Shown here: positions 55,071-64,000 of the stretch, piece by piece
Layout of the letters: each line of letters begins with the position of its first letter
Numbering within the stretch: position 1 is the first letter of the stretch
NCBI GenBank assembly: GCA_002504435.1
Contig: DAQP01000043.1
Coordinates: 16,810-80,809, forward strand
Length of the DNA: 64,000 nt
Source: Euryarchaeota archaeon UBA438
Lineage (GTDB): Archaea; Thermoplasmatota; Poseidoniia; Poseidoniales; Thalassarchaeaceae
Reading direction: 5' to 3'
Translations under genes and position numbers: made by a program
Notes under the pieces: generated by a model
What the model was told of the DNA's origin: nothing
The model's input: the letters and a program-made list of their open reading frames with translations, nothing else
The model's database searches: none

Positions 55071-56102
55071 ATGAGAAAGGTTGTCTATCCAAGAACAGGG
55101 GGGGTTGACTCTATCGAGATAATTGAGTGTCCAGAACCCGTTCCAGGGCCCAATCAAGTTAGAGTGGGGGTGCATAGGGCTGGCATTAACTTCGCTGATC
55201 TAATGATGAGGCAGGGGCTATATGGATCAAATCCGGACCCGCCGTTCACGCCGGGCTATGAGGCCTCAGGCGAGATCTTGGAAATAGGTAGTGAAGTTAG
55301 CTCCCTGTCTTGCGGGGACAGGGTTCTCGCTATGACTGGTTTTGGGGGTTACTCTGAGCAGGTAGTTCTTGATTCGAACAGGGTGATCAAGCTACCGGAC
55401 TCGGTGACTTACGATCAAGCAGCTGCAATCCCTGTTACTTACGGTACTGCCTTCCACATGCTTGTACACCTGGGTCGAATTGCCGAAGGAGACACAGTGC
55501 TGGTCCACCACGCTGCAGGAGGTGTTGGAACGGCGGTCGCACAGATATGCAAATCCTACGGGGCTTCATTGGTGATAGGTACCGCTTCCAAGCCAAAGAA
55601 GGAATTTGTGGAGTCAATGGGTGTCAAATTTGTTGACAGTGGCTCGGAGGACTTCGTCAGTGTCTGCAAGGAATTGACTGACGGCAAGGGAGTTCACCAC
55701 GCTTTGGACCCAGTGGGGGGGAACAACCTGATGAAATCATACAAGGCCCTGAGGAGAGGTGGGAAGTTGTATTTCTTCGGTGCGTCTAATGCCGTAAAGG
55801 GCGACAAGCGATCTGTCATTTCTGCTCTGAGAATGTGGAGGAATACTCCCAGTTTCGACCCACTAAAGATGATGAGCAGCAACAAAGCCGTTTTCGGAGT
55901 CCACATGGGACTCCTAGATGACGAGTCAATTTTCAAGGGGCATCTCTCGACACTTTCCGAAATGTTGCTAAATCGGCAGATCGATCCAATTATCGACTCA
56001 GTTTGGAGATTCGAAGATGTTGCAAAGGCGCAAATGCACATGCATGAACGTAGGAATCGCGGAAAGATTCTCCTAGACTTCTCCCCGAGTTCTAGAGCCT
56101 GA
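55071..56102 (+). CDS. Zinc-independent medium-chain dehydrogenase/reductase (quinone oxidoreductase-like)
   Basis: GroES-like N-terminal domain (VRVGVHRAGINFADLMMRQGLY), Rossmann motif VLVHHAAGGVGTAVAQI, and the C-terminal KILLDF ending typical of QOR/MDR. The start is placed at MRKVVYP. Confidence 0.75.
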   Translation: MRKVVYPRTGGVDSIEIIECPEPVPGPNQVRVGVHRAGINFADLMMRQGLYGSNPDPPFTPGYEASGEILEIGSEVSSLSCGDRVLAMTGFGGYSEQVVLDSNRVIKLPDSVTYDQAAAIPVTYGTAFHMLVHLGRIAEGDTVLVHHAAGGVGTAVAQICKSYGASLVIGTASKPKKEFVESMGVKFVDSGSEDFVSVCKELTDGKGVHHALDPVGGNNLMKSYKALRRGGKLYFFGASNAVKGDKRSVISALRMWRNTPSFDPLKMMSSNKAVFGVHMGLLDDESIFKGHLSTLSEMLLNRQIDPIIDSVWRFEDVAKAQMHMHERRNRGKILLDFSPSSRA

Positions 56103-56532
56103 CTGGCCTAGTGGCACCACACGCTTGGCACTTTAACAGAGTTGTTCGATCCTCTTTGATGAACCTTGTATCTGGTGCTTTGCACTGATTACATAGGATG
56201 TAGGTCTTGACATAACTGACTAGTTTCTCCTTAATCCTCTTTGGTGGTACCCGGCCCTTGAGCATGATTCGCGATTGCTCCCTGGTGCCAGAAGTTCCTA
56301 ATTCATTCAGCAGAAACTGATAGACGTGATTTGAGTCCCTGTCCATGGCATCCACGACATCGGAGAAATTTCGAAGAATGGTCTGGCTACCCTCGATCAT
56401 GATTTCTGGTTCTGGCATTGTCCAACGTGATCTCTGGCTGAGTCCCTCGGGTATTCTGTCTCGTGCCCGGTCCAGAAGCTCCTCGTAGTCGAAACCCGTC
56501 ATTGAATCGCCGAAGCTTGGGTCCCTTTTCAC
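56092..56532 (-). CDS. eif2b: Translation initiation factor 2 beta subunit (aIF2-beta)
   Basis: YVKTYILCNQCKAPDTRFIKEDRTTLLKCQACGA is the C4 zinc-ribbon of e/aIF2-beta. The N-terminal helix-turn-helix core fits the roughly 140-aa archaeal protein. Confidence 0.85.
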   Translation of the reverse strand: MKRDPSFGDSMTGFDYEELLDRARDRIPEGLSQRSRWTMPEPEIMIEGSQTILRNFSDVVDAMDRDSNHVYQFLLNELGTSGTREQSRIMLKGRVPPKRIKEKLVSYVKTYILCNQCKAPDTRFIKEDRTTLLKCQACGATRPVRL

Positions 56533-56591
56533 CTCACCGGAGGGACTCTCGCTCAGGCAAGGTCAAAGTGAGGGTGCCTGTTGGGGATGAC

Positions 56592-57041
56592 ATGGGTGGG
56601 GCATTGGAGGTCAAAGTAGCTAGGACCGAAGAAGGAGCGAGGCTTCCTACCATGGGTAGCGAACACGCTGCCGGCTGGGATCTTTACGCCCTTGAAGACT
56701 CAGTTGTGCCTTTCAGGAAGAGTGTGAAATTGCGGACCGGCCTGAAGGTGGCAATTCCGGTTGGATTCGAAGGGCAAGTAAGGGCACGCTCATCTTTGGG
56801 GTCAAAAGGATTGATCCTCCCCCATAGCATAGGCACGATTGATGCGGACTACAGGGGAGAGCTATTCGTACTCATGACATGGATCGGAGAAGGGGATTCC
56901 TATACGGTTAGGGCGGGCGAGAGGATTGCTCAATTGCTCATTTCTCCGATTCCGGAGATCACGTTCAGAGAAGTTGAGGAAAGTGGACTCGGTGAGACCG
57001 AAAGAGGCGAGGGCGGATTCGGCAGTACCGGTCGTTTCTAA
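56592..57041 (+). CDS. dut: dUTP diphosphatase
   Basis: Motifs AAGWDLY, RSSLGSKGLIL, GTIDADYRGEL and the C-terminal GGFGSTG (motif 5). The start is placed at MGGALEV so that it does not overlap aIF2-beta. Confidence 0.8.
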   Translation: MGGALEVKVARTEEGARLPTMGSEHAAGWDLYALEDSVVPFRKSVKLRTGLKVAIPVGFEGQVRARSSLGSKGLILPHSIGTIDADYRGELFVLMTWIGEGDSYTVRAGERIAQLLISPIPEITFREVEESGLGETERGEGGFGSTGRF

Positions 57042-57114
57042 TTCCAATATAACCAACGTTTTCCCATATTCTATTCTCAATAGGTTCATAGCAACCGTAG
57101 TGGGGGAAAGGGCG

Positions 57115-57696
57115 ATGACGAGCAGTGTCGACGAATTACGGGCCAAAGTCGAGCAATATCGCTCAGATGGGCTCAACACCCAACAGATAGCGGATGAGAT
57201 GTCCCTTTCGCAGACTACAATCAAATGGCTCTCCTCAGGGGGAGTCGGGTCCGACGATCGCCCCCAAGACATCAGAGTTGGATGGAGATCGATAGCCGTC
57301 AAGGCTGGAAGAATTGAGGCCATATCATACGTTTTCTGCGATATTATTGAGGAAGAGATAGGCGAAGATGTTGACACCGTAGTTGGAATCAGTATCAACG
57401 GTATCGCTTTCGCACAAGCGGTCGGGGGGCAATTAGACCTAGACATCGCCATCAGCCGTAGCATCAGTGACGATGGAGGTGGGCACATCTCAGAGGTGTT
57501 TGCGGATGTTGAAGGCAAGCGATGTGTCGTCGTTGACGACGTCCTATCTGGGGGAACAACCATGACCAAGACTGTGAACAACCTAAGGGCGGCAGGAGCT
57601 GACGTTAAGCTCTGTTTGGTCCTTGCAAACAAGTCGCACAGGAATGAGGTAGAAGGGGTACCTCTCAGAGGCCTTGTCAGAGTGGTGACCGTCTGA
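57115..57696 (+). CDS. PyrE-like HTH-phosphoribosyltransferase regulator (GfcR-like)
   Basis: N-terminal HTH (GLNTQQIADEMSLSQTTIKWL) fused to a type-I PRTase fold with the PRPP-binding loop RCVVVDDVLSGGTTM. The start is placed at MTSSVDEL. Confidence 0.55.
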   Translation: MTSSVDELRAKVEQYRSDGLNTQQIADEMSLSQTTIKWLSSGGVGSDDRPQDIRVGWRSIAVKAGRIEAISYVFCDIIEEEIGEDVDTVVGISINGIAFAQAVGGQLDLDIAISRSISDDGGGHISEVFADVEGKRCVVVDDVLSGGTTMTKTVNNLRAAGADVKLCLVLANKSHRNEVEGVPLRGLVRVVTV

Positions 57697-57705
57697 GGAA
57701 GAGGG

Positions 57706-59280
57706 ATGCACTGGGCAGACTTTGCAGCACGGAAGCTCTCCGAACGAGAGGGGCCACAAGTAGTGGTATCCGGCATTACCCCCTCTGGAGAATTTCACAT
57801 TGGGCACCTCAGGGAGATTCTATCTGCAGAGATGATTCATAGAGCCTGCCTGGACTTTGGTCTCGAATCTCGATATGTTTTCATTGTCGACTCGATGGAT
57901 CCCCTTCGTAGGGTCTATGACTTCCTTTCCCCCTCTTACGAATCCTACATTGGTGTGCCATTGGCGAATATCCCGGCCCCCGGGGATGATGGAGAGCCCA
58001 ATCCAGAAGGAGGCAGTTATGCCGAATTCTTCCTTCGCCCTTTCCTTGAAGCACTCAAGCAAATTGGGGTCGAGCCTGAAGTAATAATGAATCATGAGAC
58101 TTACCAAAACGGCGAATTTGCGGAAATGATTGATCTTGCAATAACGAATAGGGAAGAGATTAACGGAATCATAGAGTCGGTCTCTGGCAGGGAGCTTCCC
58201 GAGGACTGGTTCCCATACAGTCCAATCGGTTCGAACGGTAGCCTGGACGGAGTCAAAGTGACGGGATACGATAGACCATTCGTCCACTGGATAGACGGAC
58301 AGGGGGTCGAAGGGAAATCAGACATCAGACTAGCTGAGGGGAAGATGCCCTGGAGGATAGATTGGGCGGCAAGATGGGCGATACATGGCGTAACTTGTGA
58401 GCCGGCGGGCAAGGACCATGGCGCTGCGGGAGGTAGCTATGACACGGGAATACCGATTTGCAAACTTCTGGGCGGAAACCCCCCTGAAAAGATGGTCTAT
58501 GAGTGGATTCAGCTCAAAGGGATGGGGCCAATGTCAAGTTCTTCTGGAGTGACCATAGGCCCGATGGAAGCACTTTCCATAGTTCCTCCAGAAATTCTTC
58601 GATATGTCATTGCTAGAAGCAAAATGAATCGTCACATTGAGTTCGACACTGGGGCAATGATGTTTCTTACAGCGGATGAATACGAACGTCTAGTTTCCAA
58701 TCCCCCCAATGAAGAAGAGGGAATGAGCAAGAGGAAGAGGATCTCAGTAGAGACTCGCAGGGGTGCGATGAGGCTTAGCCAGGTTTCTCGGGACTCGGAT
58801 CCTTCTGACTCAGTTGGAGGCGTTTCATTCAGGCATCTCTCAATGCTAGCCCAGATAAAGTCGGACGACGACAGTGTCTGGAGTTCACTGAGGAGAAGTG
58901 GGCATCTTTCAGATGAGCCGGGCACTTCATTGAGAAGTAGGCTGGAGAAGATGAGGAGCTGGATAGGCGGGGACCATTTTCCTGAGGGGTCAAGGATCGT
59001 CATCCAGAGCGAGGTAGGAGAGGAAGCAAGGTCCCAAATCGACGAAGAATCGCGTTCCTTCCTTGAATTGCTAGCTCGGAGGCTTGAGTCTTGCAACTGG
59101 GATGAGGATTCGATTAGTGAAACGGTCCGTTCATCTGCATCTGATTCGGGCCTTAGTAACAGGCAAGCGTACGTATCGCTATACCTAGTAATACTTGGAA
59201 GGGACTATGGTCCGAGAATCAGTTCCCTGATGGCCGAGATGGATAGAGATTCTCTAATTGGGGTCGTTTCTAACATCTGA
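57706..59280 (+). CDS. lysK: Class-I lysyl-tRNA synthetase
   Basis: VVSGITPSGEFHIGHLRE is the LysRS-I HIGH region. KGMGPMSSSSG is the KMSKS-equivalent. The 524-aa size matches archaeal LysK. Confidence 0.75.
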   Translation: MHWADFAARKLSEREGPQVVVSGITPSGEFHIGHLREILSAEMIHRACLDFGLESRYVFIVDSMDPLRRVYDFLSPSYESYIGVPLANIPAPGDDGEPNPEGGSYAEFFLRPFLEALKQIGVEPEVIMNHETYQNGEFAEMIDLAITNREEINGIIESVSGRELPEDWFPYSPIGSNGSLDGVKVTGYDRPFVHWIDGQGVEGKSDIRLAEGKMPWRIDWAARWAIHGVTCEPAGKDHGAAGGSYDTGIPICKLLGGNPPEKMVYEWIQLKGMGPMSSSSGVTIGPMEALSIVPPEILRYVIARSKMNRHIEFDTGAMMFLTADEYERLVSNPPNEEEGMSKRKRISVETRRGAMRLSQVSRDSDPSDSVGGVSFRHLSMLAQIKSDDDSVWSSLRRSGHLSDEPGTSLRSRLEKMRSWIGGDHFPEGSRIVIQSEVGEEARSQIDEESRSFLELLARRLESCNWDEDSISETVRSSASDSGLSNRQAYVSLYLVILGRDYGPRISSLMAEMDRDSLIGVVSNI

Positions 59281-59289
59281 AGGGGTGTA

Positions 59290-60015
59290 TTGATGAGAAC
59301 TGATCATCTTCCATTCCCAATGCCACCCAGAAGTCATGCACTAATTCAGGAATGGAGAAACCTAAGTTTCCTCCACTGGGAAGTGGATCCTGAGAGGCTT
59401 GCCCCTTACATCCCAGAAGGCCTCAAGTTGGATACCTTTGAGGGGAAAGCGTATGTTGGTACGATACCCTTCATGATGACGAACGTAAGACCTAGGCTTA
59501 CTTTCAGTATCCCCGGGATTTCTACTTTCCCAGAATTCAATATCAGGACATACGTGACAAAGGGAAGTAGGTCTGGTGTTCTTTTTATCACGCTTGACGC
59601 GCAGAGCCTAGTTACCTGCAACTATGCCCCATGGGCTTATGGGTTGCCATACAGATATTGCAAAGCCAGATTGGACGTCGATGGATGGACCTACAGTTGG
59701 AATAGTGAGAGGAAGGATGGAGGAGTTGGCATAGAGGGGACATGCAAGGCAATTGGAGAAGTTAGAGAGGCTGAAAGGGGCACTCTCGAAGAATTTCTAT
59801 TTGAGAGATATTGCCTCTACACGGTCCACAGGGGAAAGCTCTGCATCGCACATACGCAGCATGATCCGTGGAAGTTCAGAGAAGGTCGGGCTTCGATTAA
59901 TTCAAACTCGCTGACCGGGATTTATGACTTAGGAATCGAGGATTTACTGAAACCTGATTTGGTCCACATGTCAGAGGGAGTTCTGGTTCATACTTGGTCG
60001 GCAGAGGAGGTCTGA
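59290..60015 (+). CDS. DUF2071/YqjF-like conserved hypothetical protein
   Basis: WRNLSFLHWEVDPERLAPYIPEGLKLDTFEGKAYVG matches the N-terminal block of the COG3361 family. Confidence 0.5.
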   Translation: MMRTDHLPFPMPPRSHALIQEWRNLSFLHWEVDPERLAPYIPEGLKLDTFEGKAYVGTIPFMMTNVRPRLTFSIPGISTFPEFNIRTYVTKGSRSGVLFITLDAQSLVTCNYAPWAYGLPYRYCKARLDVDGWTYSWNSERKDGGVGIEGTCKAIGEVREAERGTLEEFLFERYCLYTVHRGKLCIAHTQHDPWKFREGRASINSNSLTGIYDLGIEDLLKPDLVHMSEGVLVHTWSAEEV

Positions 60016-60410
60016 ACTTGCATATTTCAGAGGGTCGAGATGCCCTCCTATTGGATGGAGACTGTGGCCTATGCCACGGACTGGCTAATTTCATGGATCC
60101 GAGATTACACAAGGAGGCAGACATAGCATACAGGGAAATAGCTTCCAAAGAGGGGGAAGAGTTGATTTCAGGGATGGAGATTTGGAAAAGGGAGGCAGAT
60201 ACTGTCTATCTTTTCAGAGGGGGTGAGGTTTTCGTGAAATCTTCTGCGGCTATTAGGTGCCTACTGTACCTTAAGTGGCATTGGAAAATTTGGTTCCCAA
60301 TTCTTTGGTTGGTGCCACTTCCAATTAGGGACATGGCCTACGACTTAGTTGCAAGAAACAGGCATCGGTTCTTCGCAAGGCCCGAGGTGTGTACATTCAG
60401 GGTAGATTGA
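59994..60410 (+). CDS. DCC-family thiol-disulfide oxidoreductase (DUF393)
   Basis: LLLDGDCGLCHG (CxxC) and C-terminal RDMAYDLVARNRHRFF (the family's YxxVARNRYR motif). Confidence 0.55.
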   Translation: MVGRGGLNLHISEGRDALLLDGDCGLCHGLANFMDPRLHKEADIAYREIASKEGEELISGMEIWKREADTVYLFRGGEVFVKSSAAIRCLLYLKWHWKIWFPILWLVPLPIRDMAYDLVARNRHRFFARPEVCTFRVD

Positions 60411-60432
60411 AAATAATATGGGCGTGGATTAG

Positions 60433-61191
60433 ATGAGGCTTCACCAGTTCCTTTCAAAGTCTGGAGCCTTCAAGTCAAAAAACGATGTGAAGGATGCGAT
60501 TTGGAGTGGCCGTGTTACCGTAAATGGGAAAATTGTCAAGGATATAGCATATGATTTCAACCCGAAGAAGAGGGTTGTTTCGTTCGATGGGGAGCTTATC
60601 GAACTTCTCAGCGAGGACAAATATTTCCTACTCAATAAGCCGGCTGGTGTAATCTGCTCAAGACTTAACGAACAAGAGGCTGAGCTTGGCAAGACTTCGG
60701 TCTTCGAGATTTTCAGAGGCGCCCTCGATTCCAGGACGTTTCATTCACTGGTAACCGTAGGGAGGCTTGATGAGGGAACCACGGGCTTCCTTCTAGTTAC
60801 AACTGACGGAAAAATTGCCCATAGAATCACCGATCCAAGGAGGGGCGTGGGCAAGACGTACAGAGTCGAAACTCAGTCGGTAATAGACGAAGAACAGGTC
60901 AGGTCAATCAGGAATGGCGTCAGAATCTCAGTTTCAGATGGTGAGAAGAGCGAGAATTATATTTCGAAGAAGGCGAAAATTTCCTTGGAAGGTGAATATA
61001 GTGCCTTACTTACCATCGAAGAGGGAAGGAAGAGGGAGGTCAGGAGAATCTTCGAGGCTTTGGGAAATGTGGTGCTTAGCCTACACCGAAAATCCACGGG
61101 TGGCATGGAGTTATCTGATTACAATCTTAGAGAGGGGGAGTTCTGTGAGGTATCCCTGGAGGAAATCTCATCGAGGGTTTTCATCGATTAA
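60433..61191 (+). CDS. RsuA/RluB-family pseudouridine synthase (S4 domain plus catalytic domain)
   Basis: S4 RNA-binding domain (MRLHQFLSKSGAFKSKNDVKDAIWSGRVTVNGK). Catalytic motif VGRLDEGTTGFLLVTTDG with the catalytic Asp. Confidence 0.8.
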   Translation: MRLHQFLSKSGAFKSKNDVKDAIWSGRVTVNGKIVKDIAYDFNPKKRVVSFDGELIELLSEDKYFLLNKPAGVICSRLNEQEAELGKTSVFEIFRGALDSRTFHSLVTVGRLDEGTTGFLLVTTDGKIAHRITDPRRGVGKTYRVETQSVIDEEQVRSIRNGVRISVSDGEKSENYISKKAKISLEGEYSALLTIEEGRKREVRRIFEALGNVVLSLHRKSTGGMELSDYNLREGEFCEVSLEEISSRVFID

Positions 61192-61193
61192 GA

Positions 61194-64000
61194 TTAGCTC
61201 AGAGTGGCGATTTCCAGCAGCCTGGGTTCTGGGGTGCCAATCTGCATCTCGGCAATCGCCTCTACCTCCATCCTTGCTCCTGCCATAGTGGTGACGAAGG
61301 GAATGTTCAACTCTACAGCTAGTCTTCTCATCATATTCCCGTCCAATACAGCTCCCCCTGTAGAACGAGGGGTGTTAATTACCAACTGAATCATCCCCTT
61401 CCTCATCAGGTCAAGAGCGTCGGGGGACATTCTCTCAGCTATCCTATAGCAAGTCTCAACCTCTATTCCGCCCACTTCGCGAAGAACCCTAGCTGTACCT
61501 CTGGTGGCATGCAAACGGAATCCCAAATCGTGAAGTCTTCTGGCCAATTCTATCATTTCGTGCTTGTCCTCATCCTTCACGGTGATGTACACGCCACCGG
61601 TAGTCGGAACGGGAAGCTCTGTTGCAAGTCTCGCTTTGAGATAAGCTGCTGCTGGTCTGACGTGGGACCCCATGACTTCGCCAGTTGATTTCATCTCTGG
61701 TCCCGGGGCCGGATCGAGTCCCCTTAGTTTGATGAATGGGAAAACTGGTGCCTTGACGCAGACTGCTTCCGTCTGAGGTTCGGGGATTTCTAGATCGGAG
61801 AGCTTCTCCCCCAATGCTAGCCTGGCTGCAATCCTGGCCAGAGGGACACCTGTGGCCTTTGCAACAAAGGGGAATGTTCTGGACCCCCTTGGATTGACCT
61901 CCAGCACGTAGAGTACTTCATCGCGAATTGCATATTGAATGTTGAAGCATCCCCTAATCCCTAGCCTAATTCCAATTCTCTTGGTCCATTCCTCAACCTC
62001 CGATAGGATACTCTGTGAAATGTTCTGTGGCGGTATGAAACAAGTGGAGTCGCCAGAATGGATACCAGCCTCCTCTAGGTGCTCCATGATAGCGCCGACC
62101 AATACTTGTTCTCCGTCGCATACGGCATCGACATCCAGCTCCACGGCATTTCCTAGGTACTCGTCAATAAGTAAGGGCCTGTCAGGTGCCAAGTATGCCT
62201 CATTCATGTATGCATCCAACTGACTGTTGTCAGAAAGTATCTCCATACCCCTTCCACCTAGGACATAAGAAGGCCTAATCAGTACCGGGTAGCCAATCTC
62301 GGCCACAGCCCTTCTAACCCCATCGGGATCTATTGCGGTGGAACCCCTAGGCATCCTTAGGCCGTTTCTATCTGCGAAATCCTCGAATCTCTCACGGTCA
62401 CTTGCCTCATCCACGGCTCCCGGGGTAGTTCCCTCGATAACTAGGTCGAGTCCCATTGATGACAAGTGAGGGAGGCTGTCAGCTAGCGGCAATGCTAGGT
62501 TGATTGCTGTCTGGCCGCCAAATTGGAGGAGTATTCCGTGGGCCTTCTCGCGTAGTAATATCTCTGAGACTGATTCCAATGAAAGGGGGTCGAAGTAGAG
62601 TCTGTCGCTGGTGTCGAAATCTGTAGAGACTGTCTCGGGATTGTTGTTTACTATGATGGCCTCATGACCCATGTCACGAATAGCCCCTACAGCGTGAACG
62701 CACCCATAGTCGAACTCTATCCCCTGGCCGATCCTTATTGGTCCTGAGCCGATGACAACGATTCTCTGTTTAATGAAATCATCTAGACCGGGTACGTGAT
62801 CAATACCAGAAGGGGCCGAGCCGCCCTCATAAGTAGCGTAGTAGTAAGGAGTGACGGCAGCGAATTCTGCTGCGCAGGAGTCGACCATTCGGAACCTTGG
62901 GTGAATCCCTAACTGATGCCTTCTGGAGGTGACCGCAGACTCGTCCCTGCCTGCAGGGAGTTCCTTGAATCCCGATGACGGGAAACCTGCCAGTGCGTCC
63001 GCGATATGTAAGTCAGTGAATCCCGCTCCCTTCCAGGACCTCAATTGAGACTCGGGAACCTCGGAAGGCCTTACTCCCATTTCTCCAGCTGCCCGGATTT
63101 CTGTTTCTATAGCAGCCATATTCTCAAATCTATGCAAGAACCACCTTGTCACGCCTCCTGTGAGGTCTCGGACGTCCTCTATCGAATACCCCCTCCTGAA
63201 GGCTTCCATCAATGCACCCATCCTCCTGTCAGTAGGAATTCTCAACCAGTCTTCAAGAATGGCCGTAGGGAGGGATTCAGAGGCCCTCTCATCCATCGTT
63301 TCGCCGCCGGATGCGTCGGCCATAGTAAGGGGTCTTGGGTGTGGCTGTCCGTATTCCAGACTAGCCCATGCCTTGAGGAATGCTTCTTCGAAGCACCTCC
63401 CTATCGCCATAACCTCGCCAGTTGACTTCATTGAAGTGCCAATTACCCTATCTGCTGTCCTGAATTTGTCAAATGGCCATCTTGGAATTTTCACCACGCA
63501 GTAATCTAGTGTGGGCTCAAATGCAGCAGTAGTTCCCTCCCCAGTAATGGGATTTGGAAGCTCATCCAAGGTGTATCCTACAGCTATGAGTGCGGCCATT
63601 CTGGCTATTGGATAGCCTGTGGCCTTGGATGCAAGAGCGGAGGATCTTGAAACTCTCGGATTTACCTCGATGACTCTGTACTGCCCGGTTGATTGCTCGA
63701 CTGCAAATTGAACATTGCACCCACCCTTGATGTTTAGTCTGCGAATCAACTTGAGGGCTGCGTCCCGAAGCATTTGGTGATCCTGATCAGAGAGGGTCTG
63801 CTGAGGTGCTACTACTACTGACTCCCCCGTGTGGACCCCCATTGGGTCTAGATTCTCCATAGTGCAGACAATTATCGCATTGTCCGATGCGTCCCTCATT
63901 ACCTCGTATTCATGCTCCTGCCAGCCCAATATGCTGACCTCGATGAGGACTTGCCCTATGGCGGACTGAAGAAGCCCCTGACTGGCTATCTCGACTAATT
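61194..64000 (-). CDS. carB: Carbamoyl-phosphate synthase large subunit. The N-terminal roughly 200 aa lie beyond the window end.
   Basis: LGWQEHEYEVMRDASDNAIIVCTMENLDPMGVHTGESV matches E. coli CarB residues about 220-260. Both ATP-grasp halves are present, and the MGS-like C-terminal domain ends ...IATLS. The frame stays open upstream to the window edge; the 'M' in the track is a TTG. Confidence 0.9.
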   Translation of the reverse strand, partial: LVEIASQGLLQSAIGQVLIEVSILGWQEHEYEVMRDASDNAIIVCTMENLDPMGVHTGESVVVAPQQTLSDQDHQMLRDAALKLIRRLNIKGGCNVQFAVEQSTGQYRVIEVNPRVSRSSALASKATGYPIARMAALIAVGYTLDELPNPITGEGTTAAFEPTLDYCVVKIPRWPFDKFRTADRVIGTSMKSTGEVMAIGRCFEEAFLKAWASLEYGQPHPRPLTMADASGGETMDERASESLPTAILEDWLRIPTDRRMGALMEAFRRGYSIEDVRDLTGGVTRWFLHRFENMAAIETEIRAAGEMGVRPSEVPESQLRSWKGAGFTDLHIADALAGFPSSGFKELPAGRDESAVTSRRHQLGIHPRFRMVDSCAAEFAAVTPYYYATYEGGSAPSGIDHVPGLDDFIKQRIVVIGSGPIRIGQGIEFDYGCVHAVGAIRDMGHEAIIVNNNPETVSTDFDTSDRLYFDPLSLESVSEILLREKAHGILLQFGGQTAINLALPLADSLPHLSSMGLDLVIEGTTPGAVDEASDRERFEDFADRNGLRMPRGSTAIDPDGVRRAVAEIGYPVLIRPSYVLGGRGMEILSDNSQLDAYMNEAYLAPDRPLLIDEYLGNAVELDVDAVCDGEQVLVGAIMEHLEEAGIHSGDSTCFIPPQNISQSILSEVEEWTKRIGIRLGIRGCFNIQYAIRDEVLYVLEVNPRGSRTFPFVAKATGVPLARIAARLALGEKLSDLEIPEPQTEAVCVKAPVFPFIKLRGLDPAPGPEMKSTGEVMGSHVRPAAAYLKARLATELPVPTTGGVYITVKDEDKHEMIELARRLHDLGFRLHATRGTARVLREVGGIEVETCYRIAERMSPDALDLMRKGMIQLVINTPRSTGGAVLDGNMMRRLAVELNIPFVTTMAGARMEVEAIAEMQIGTPEPRLLEIATLS

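Noticed and set aside
56862-57776. 304-aa minus-strand ORF spanning dut, the GfcR-like gene and the lysK start
   Set aside because: Antisense to three motif-supported genes. S/T/P-rich low-complexity product.

Overview
Archaeal chromosomal fragment, probably a heterotrophic marine Thermoplasmatota/Poseidoniales-like lineage. This lineage call is inference from gene content: aRF1, aIF2-beta, Spt4, RpoE', class-I LysRS, giant surface proteins and many peptidases. GC looks moderate by eye. Gene density is high and both strands are used. Several junctions overlap by 1-4 nt (TAATG, ATGA).

Core content: (i) the conserved archaeal rpoE'-spt4-rps24e-rps27ae operon. The 55-aa rps27ae is missing from the supplied ORF track. 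(ii) An amino-acid and protein catabolism set: a partial S8 protease, proline dehydrogenase, glutamate dehydrogenase, a polar-amino-acid ABC transporter, and a complete lipoylated 2-oxoacid dehydrogenase operon (E1a-E1b-E2-E3) flanked by lipA and lipB, followed by an SAP-M28 peptidase. (iii) Translation and housekeeping genes: argS, aRF1, pyrH, NOG1 GTPase, aIF2-beta, dut, class-I lysK, a pseudouridine synthase, carB (partial), purC, DtdA, one tRNA-Leu(UAA). (iv) A small pterin set: FolB-like, a FolM-like reductase, and a PCD.

The accessory part, and the most novel content, is a cell-surface island of three giant type-I membrane proteins.
- A 2987-aa protein with about 15 thrombospondin-type-3 Ca-binding repeats, a transglutaminase-like Cys-His core, a long run of predicted Ig-like/beta-sandwich domains, a TM helix and a TgpA/DUF4129-like cytoplasmic tail.
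- A 1894-aa protein with an FG-GAP beta-propeller plus CARDB and Ig-like domains.
- A 977-aa protein with a poly-acidic tail.

Other unusual items: an ABC permease fused to an N-terminal BNR/Ycf48-like beta-propeller ectodomain, a eukaryote-type SAP motif fused to an M28 peptidase, and a compact HD-hydrolase / tandem-RHH / XPD-family helicase / small-ORF neighbourhood with a strong GC hairpin. No CRISPR array, integrase, transposase or rRNA was recognised.
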